19,787 bases of DNA from Archangium sp. (GTDB lineage: Bacteria > Myxococcota > Myxococcia > Myxococcales > Myxococcaceae), in NCBI GenBank assembly GCA_031367385.1, contig JANLPS010000136.1, forward strand, positions 1 through 19,787, given 5' to 3'. The translations under genes and the position numbers were made by a program. Of the stretch, positions 16,130 through 19,787 are shown piece after piece (position 1 is the first letter of the stretch; every line of letters starts with the position of its first letter). Below the pieces are notes generated by a model. It did no database searches. It was not told where the DNA came from and saw nothing but the letters and a program-made list of their open reading frames with translations.

Positions 16130-16145
16130 AGCAATACGGGGGCCA
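16130..16145 (-). promoter_or_regulatory. sigma54-type -24/-12 promoter of the precursor gene
   Basis: Minus strand TGGCCCCCGTATTGCT = TGGC-N7-TTGCT (GG-N10-GC), 50 nt upstream of the ATG. Confidence 0.65.
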
Positions 16146-16246
16146 GGGGCAGCCTCCGAGTTTCAAGCCTTTGACGCTGACTCCACGTGCACCCGAAGTG
16201 CACAGCTGCGCTTCAGATGCACTTGCGCTTCTCTCGAAGTGAAAAA

Positions 16247-19200
16247 TTACTGAGCTGCATAGCAGCGCGGGTCGATTTCAACTGAGGTCACGGTGCTGCC
16301 GTGGAGGGCGAGCGGCACGTTGCAGCGCACCAGCTCCGAAAGAACTGCCGGGCTGCGAGTGTACCGCTCGATGGCCCACACAAACGCCCACCCCGCAGCG
16401 TCGCCGATCACGAACTTGCGCCCCTCATCGACGAAATACCCGAACAGGGGAGTGTCGCGGTGGCCCGAGTAGGTGGCGAGCAGGTCAAGGGTGTCGGCGT
16501 CCCACAGTCGGGCCGTCAGGTCGCCGCCGGTCAGAATGACGCGCCCATCTGGGCTGTAGCGCACGAGCGGCGTCTCTCCCTGGTGCCGACTCAGGAGGCC
16601 CACCTGCTCCCCAGACTCGATGCTGAACACGACACTCACGCCGTCTGCGCACGTCACGACCAGGCGGCGCCCATCGGGGCTGAAGGCGGCCTGCATGGGC
16701 CACACCTTGAGGGTGAGTGACCGGTCGAGCTTTCCCGTGGCGGCGTTCCACAGCTTGACCGTTCGATCGATGCCGACGGTGGCAATCGTGCGATCATCGG
16801 GCGAAAACAGCGCCGCGACAATCGGGCCCTCGTGGTCCTTCAGAGACGCGAGCACCGTGCCGGAAGCGACCTCCCACACTCGTACAAAGGTCGTGCCACC
16901 TCGCACCAGTACCCGGGCTCCATCATGGCTGAAGGTGACTTGGCGGGCATCGGTGGGCGCCTCCAGCTGAAACAGCTCGTCACCCTTCGGAGAATAGAGA
17001 CGCAGGGCGCCGTCTCGAGCAATCGCGGCGAGCGTACCGCCCGACGAAAACGCGACCGCCTGCGGGCCGGCGCCTTCGATGCGGCGCCTCCACAGCTCGT
17101 CGCCAGTCTTCGTGTCCCAGCAGCGTACGGTGCCGTCTTTCGAGGCCGTCGCCACACGAGCGCCATCGACGGTGCAGGCCCCTCCCCGCACTTCGTCTTG
17201 ATGCCCCGCGAAGACCCTCACCAGCTTGCCGGTGCTGGCCTCCCACAGCTTCGCAGTGCGGTCGTTGCCCGTCGTCACAAAGTGCGCTTCGCCGCACAAC
17301 TCGAGACTCGTCATCGGGCCGTTGCGAGAATACCCATCAGAAAGCTCGGTCACATCGCCGAGGTTTGCGGCCCTCGAAGCGACCAAGGCCGAGGTTCTCG
17401 GGTGCCAGATGCGTGCCGTGCCATCACCGGAGACGGTCAGCACCTCCTGCGAGTCGGGGCTGAAGGCACCAAAGAGCACGGCGTTGCTGTGCCCATCGAG
17501 CGACGAGAGAATGGTACCGGTTTCGGCGCTCCAGACTTTGGCACTTGAGTCGCCGCTCGTCGTCACCACCCGCTTGCTGTCGCTGCTCCAGTCGACACTG
17601 AAGATGTTGCCGCGGTGCCCATTCAAGACGTGGAGAAGCGTGCCATCGAGGCCCCAGAGGCGTGCGGTGCCATCTTGGCTCACGGTGGCGATGGTCTTTT
17701 GGTCGGGGCTGAAGGCGACGCCCCACACATAGTCACTGTGCCCTTGCAGAATGGTCAACAGGCGCCCGCTCTTCGATTCCCAGATGCGGGCGGTTCGATC
17801 GTAGCTGATGGTGACCAGGCGGCTGCCGTCGCGGCTGAAGATCGCGTCTTTGACGGGGGCCGAATGGCCGGTGAGCACCGACACCGGCGCCCCGGTGCGC
17901 GCGTTCCACAGTCGAACGGTGCCATCTTCAGACGCCGTCGCGACCCGGCTGTCGTCGGGGCTGAATCTGCCCGACGCGACCATCTTGGTGTGCCCTTTGA
18001 GCTCGGCGATCAACTCGCCTGTCTGCGCCGACCACACTCGAGCGACCCCGTCGTTGCAGCTGGTCACCACGGTTCGACCGTCGTGGCTGTAGTCGACCGT
18101 CACCAGCGCGTCGGGGTGCTTGAGCGTGGCAATCAGGCGGCCGCTGGGCACCTCCCAGATCTTGGCCGTCGTGTCCCAACTCGAGGTCACCACCCGCGTG
18201 CTGTCGGGGCTCACTGCGACCCCCTGCAGCAGTTTCTCGTGGTGCAAGGTCGCGATGACGTGCCCGTCGGTGGTGTCCCACACGCGCGCGGTACCGTCGT
18301 CGGCTCCGGTGACGACGAACTTCCCGTTGGGGCTGTAGGCACCGCAGATGATCTGCCCCGTATGACCGCGGAGCACGAGCCGCTGCGCCTCGATGGGCGC
18401 CGTGGCCTGCGCCAACAAGACCTCCATGCTCAGACCACCCCGCTCGAGCTTCGAGGCTTCATTGAGGTAGACGAGCCCTGGTAAATAGTCGCGGCTGAGT
18501 ACGAGCTGGCGCCCGCGATCGAAGTGACTCTGCGCGAGGCTCTTGGTGGCCCGCTCGGCGTTGGCGACCGCTTGGGTTCTTTGAACTTCGACGTTGGCAT
18601 TCAAGCGCAAGAGCATGACCACGCCGACCGAGAGCACCGTAAATGCCGTCGCAATCAAGATTCGGCGACGGCGCAGACCACGCGAGGCCTCGGTCAAGCT
18701 CGCGCTGACGAACGCCTCTTCGAGCGCCGTCAGACGCCCCTTGTAGCGGGCGCGCCAGAGCCGACACTCGAGCAGCACATCGCCACGCCACAAGAGCCCC
18801 GACGCGCGGGCCTTTTCCTCCCACTGGCGGGCCGCCGCGCGAATCTGATCACGCATGCGCATGTTCTCTGCGTCTTCGTGCCGCCACTCGACCAACCGCG
18901 GCCAGGCGCCGATCAGGGCTTCGTGAATGACTTCGACCGAGTCATGGCCGTCGGCCGTCTCGGACGAGACGAGGAGCCTGGCCGTGACCAACTTGTCCAA
19001 CACGCCTTGGGCGAGGCTGCCCCCGCCGAGAACCTCGAGTGCCTCTTGCTTCCACAAGACGGCACGGGTGCCCTGTGCCGTCACCAGGTGGCGAAACGCC
19101 TCGCGCACGAGGTTTCGCTCCTCGTCCCTGAGCGACGCCAGCGTCGCCTCGGCGTGATGGGCGAGCGCGCCGCCGACGCCTCCCAGCGCATCATAGGTCT

Positions 19201-19787
19201 TCACTCGCATCTGCCGCAGGTGCCGGTCGCGCAGCTCCCAGAGCTGCGACGCGGTAAATGACAGCAGCGCCAACGCTCCCGAATGCTCCAACACCGCATC
19301 GACCATCCGCTTCGGCAGCTCGGCGTCGTCGAAGGCGTAGCCGACGCGCTTCGCCGGCTCCGTCACCACCCGGAGCAGGTCGTCGGCCGCAGGCGTCGCG
19401 AGCAGCTGAAGGCTGTTCGAGAGAGAATCGCGAAAAGCGGGAATCTGCTGCACCTTGATGAGAAAGTCGTCGCGCAGCGTGACCACCACCCGCACGCGGC
19501 CCGAAGGGTGTCGCGCTGCCGCCAAGAGGGTGGTGGCGAACGCAGCGCGCGCGTTGGCGTCTTGACAGAGCGTCACCAGCTCCTCGAACTGGTCGAGCAC
19601 CAACACGAGGGTGCGCTCGGGCCCCACGGCGGAGATCAAAGCCTCGACTCCGTGCTGGGGCGTGGGCAGGCCCTCTGCCTCGAGCCGCGCGGTGAGCGCG
19701 CTGAGGGGTGACGCGCCGGGCCGCAAGACCACCGGGGTCCAGCTCCTGGGCAACAAGGGCAGCACACCGGCCAGAATAAAAGACGAC
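16247..19787 (-). CDS. STAND-class (nSTAND1-like) NTPase with TM helix and WD40 repeats; 5' end outside the window
   Basis: The frame stays open to the window edge (SSFILAGVLP, just after a Walker A). Walker B LVLDQFEEL, VVTLRDDF, EVIHEALI..WPRL, a TM helix after RRRR, then roughly 14 GH...FSPD...DGTARIW repeats. Confidence 0.92.
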   Translation of the reverse strand, partial: SSFILAGVLPLLPRSWTPVVLRPGASPLSALTARLEAEGLPTPQHGVEALISAVGPERTLVLVLDQFEELVTLCQDANARAAFATTLLAAARHPSGRVRVVVTLRDDFLIKVQQIPAFRDSLSNSLQLLATPAADDLLRVVTEPAKRVGYAFDDAELPKRMVDAVLEHSGALALLSFTASQLWELRDRHLRQMRVKTYDALGGVGGALAHHAEATLASLRDEERNLVREAFRHLVTAQGTRAVLWKQEALEVLGGGSLAQGVLDKLVTARLLVSSETADGHDSVEVIHEALIGAWPRLVEWRHEDAENMRMRDQIRAAARQWEEKARASGLLWRGDVLLECRLWRARYKGRLTALEEAFVSASLTEASRGLRRRRILIATAFTVLSVGVVMLLRLNANVEVQRTQAVANAERATKSLAQSHFDRGRQLVLSRDYLPGLVYLNEASKLERGGLSMEVLLAQATAPIEAQRLVLRGHTGQIICGAYSPNGKFVVTGADDGTARVWDTTDGHVIATLHHEKLLQGVAVSPDSTRVVTSSWDTTAKIWEVPSGRLIATLKHPDALVTVDYSHDGRTVVTSCNDGVARVWSAQTGELIAELKGHTKMVASGRFSPDDSRVATASEDGTVRLWNARTGAPVSVLTGHSAPVKDAIFSRDGSRLVTISYDRTARIWESKSGRLLTILQGHSDYVWGVAFSPDQKTIATVSQDGTARLWGLDGTLLHVLNGHRGNIFSVDWSSDSKRVVTTSGDSSAKVWSAETGTILSSLDGHSNAVLFGAFSPDSQEVLTVSGDGTARIWHPRTSALVASRAANLGDVTELSDGYSRNGPMTSLELCGEAHFVTTGNDRTAKLWEASTGKLVRVFAGHQDEVRGGACTVDGARVATASKDGTVRCWDTKTGDELWRRRIEGAGPQAVAFSSGGTLAAIARDGALRLYSPKGDELFQLEAPTDARQVTFSHDGARVLVRGGTTFVRVWEVASGTVLASLKDHEGPIVAALFSPDDRTIATVGIDRTVKLWNAATGKLDRSLTLKVWPMQAAFSPDGRRLVVTCADGVSVVFSIESGEQVGLLSRHQGETPLVRYSPDGRVILTGGDLTARLWDADTLDLLATYSGHRDTPLFGYFVDEGRKFVIGDAAGWAFVWAIERYTRSPAVLSELVRCNVPLALHGSTVTSVEIDPRCYAAQ

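Overview
GC-rich bacterial DNA; gene content and sigma54-like promoters suggest a myxobacterium or relative (inference). The left part (1-7360) holds two CBS-like genes, a lipoprotein, sixA, cyaY, a membrane zinc metalloprotease, an ornithine cyclodeaminase-like gene and a large Cys-rich lipoprotein bracketed by a diverged ~268-bp direct repeat. The right end is a truncated STAND NTPase/WD40 gene. The main result is a probable RiPP biosynthetic cluster at ~7424-16145. It contains a 54-aa double-glycine precursor missing from the ORF track (15915-16079, minus; predicted core MTIYGCCSPLNNPYQVFMYGSKCGPSYCP, 4 Cys and 4 Tyr) with its own sigma54-type promoter and terminator. It also encodes a C39 peptidase ABC exporter, TolC, a C39-like/VKOR/thioredoxin fusion and two metallo-beta-lactamase-fold enzymes, one with CmlA-like diiron beta-hydroxylase motifs. 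The predicted product is a disulfide-bridged, possibly beta-hydroxylated peptide. All assignments come from reading motifs by eye; no searches were run.
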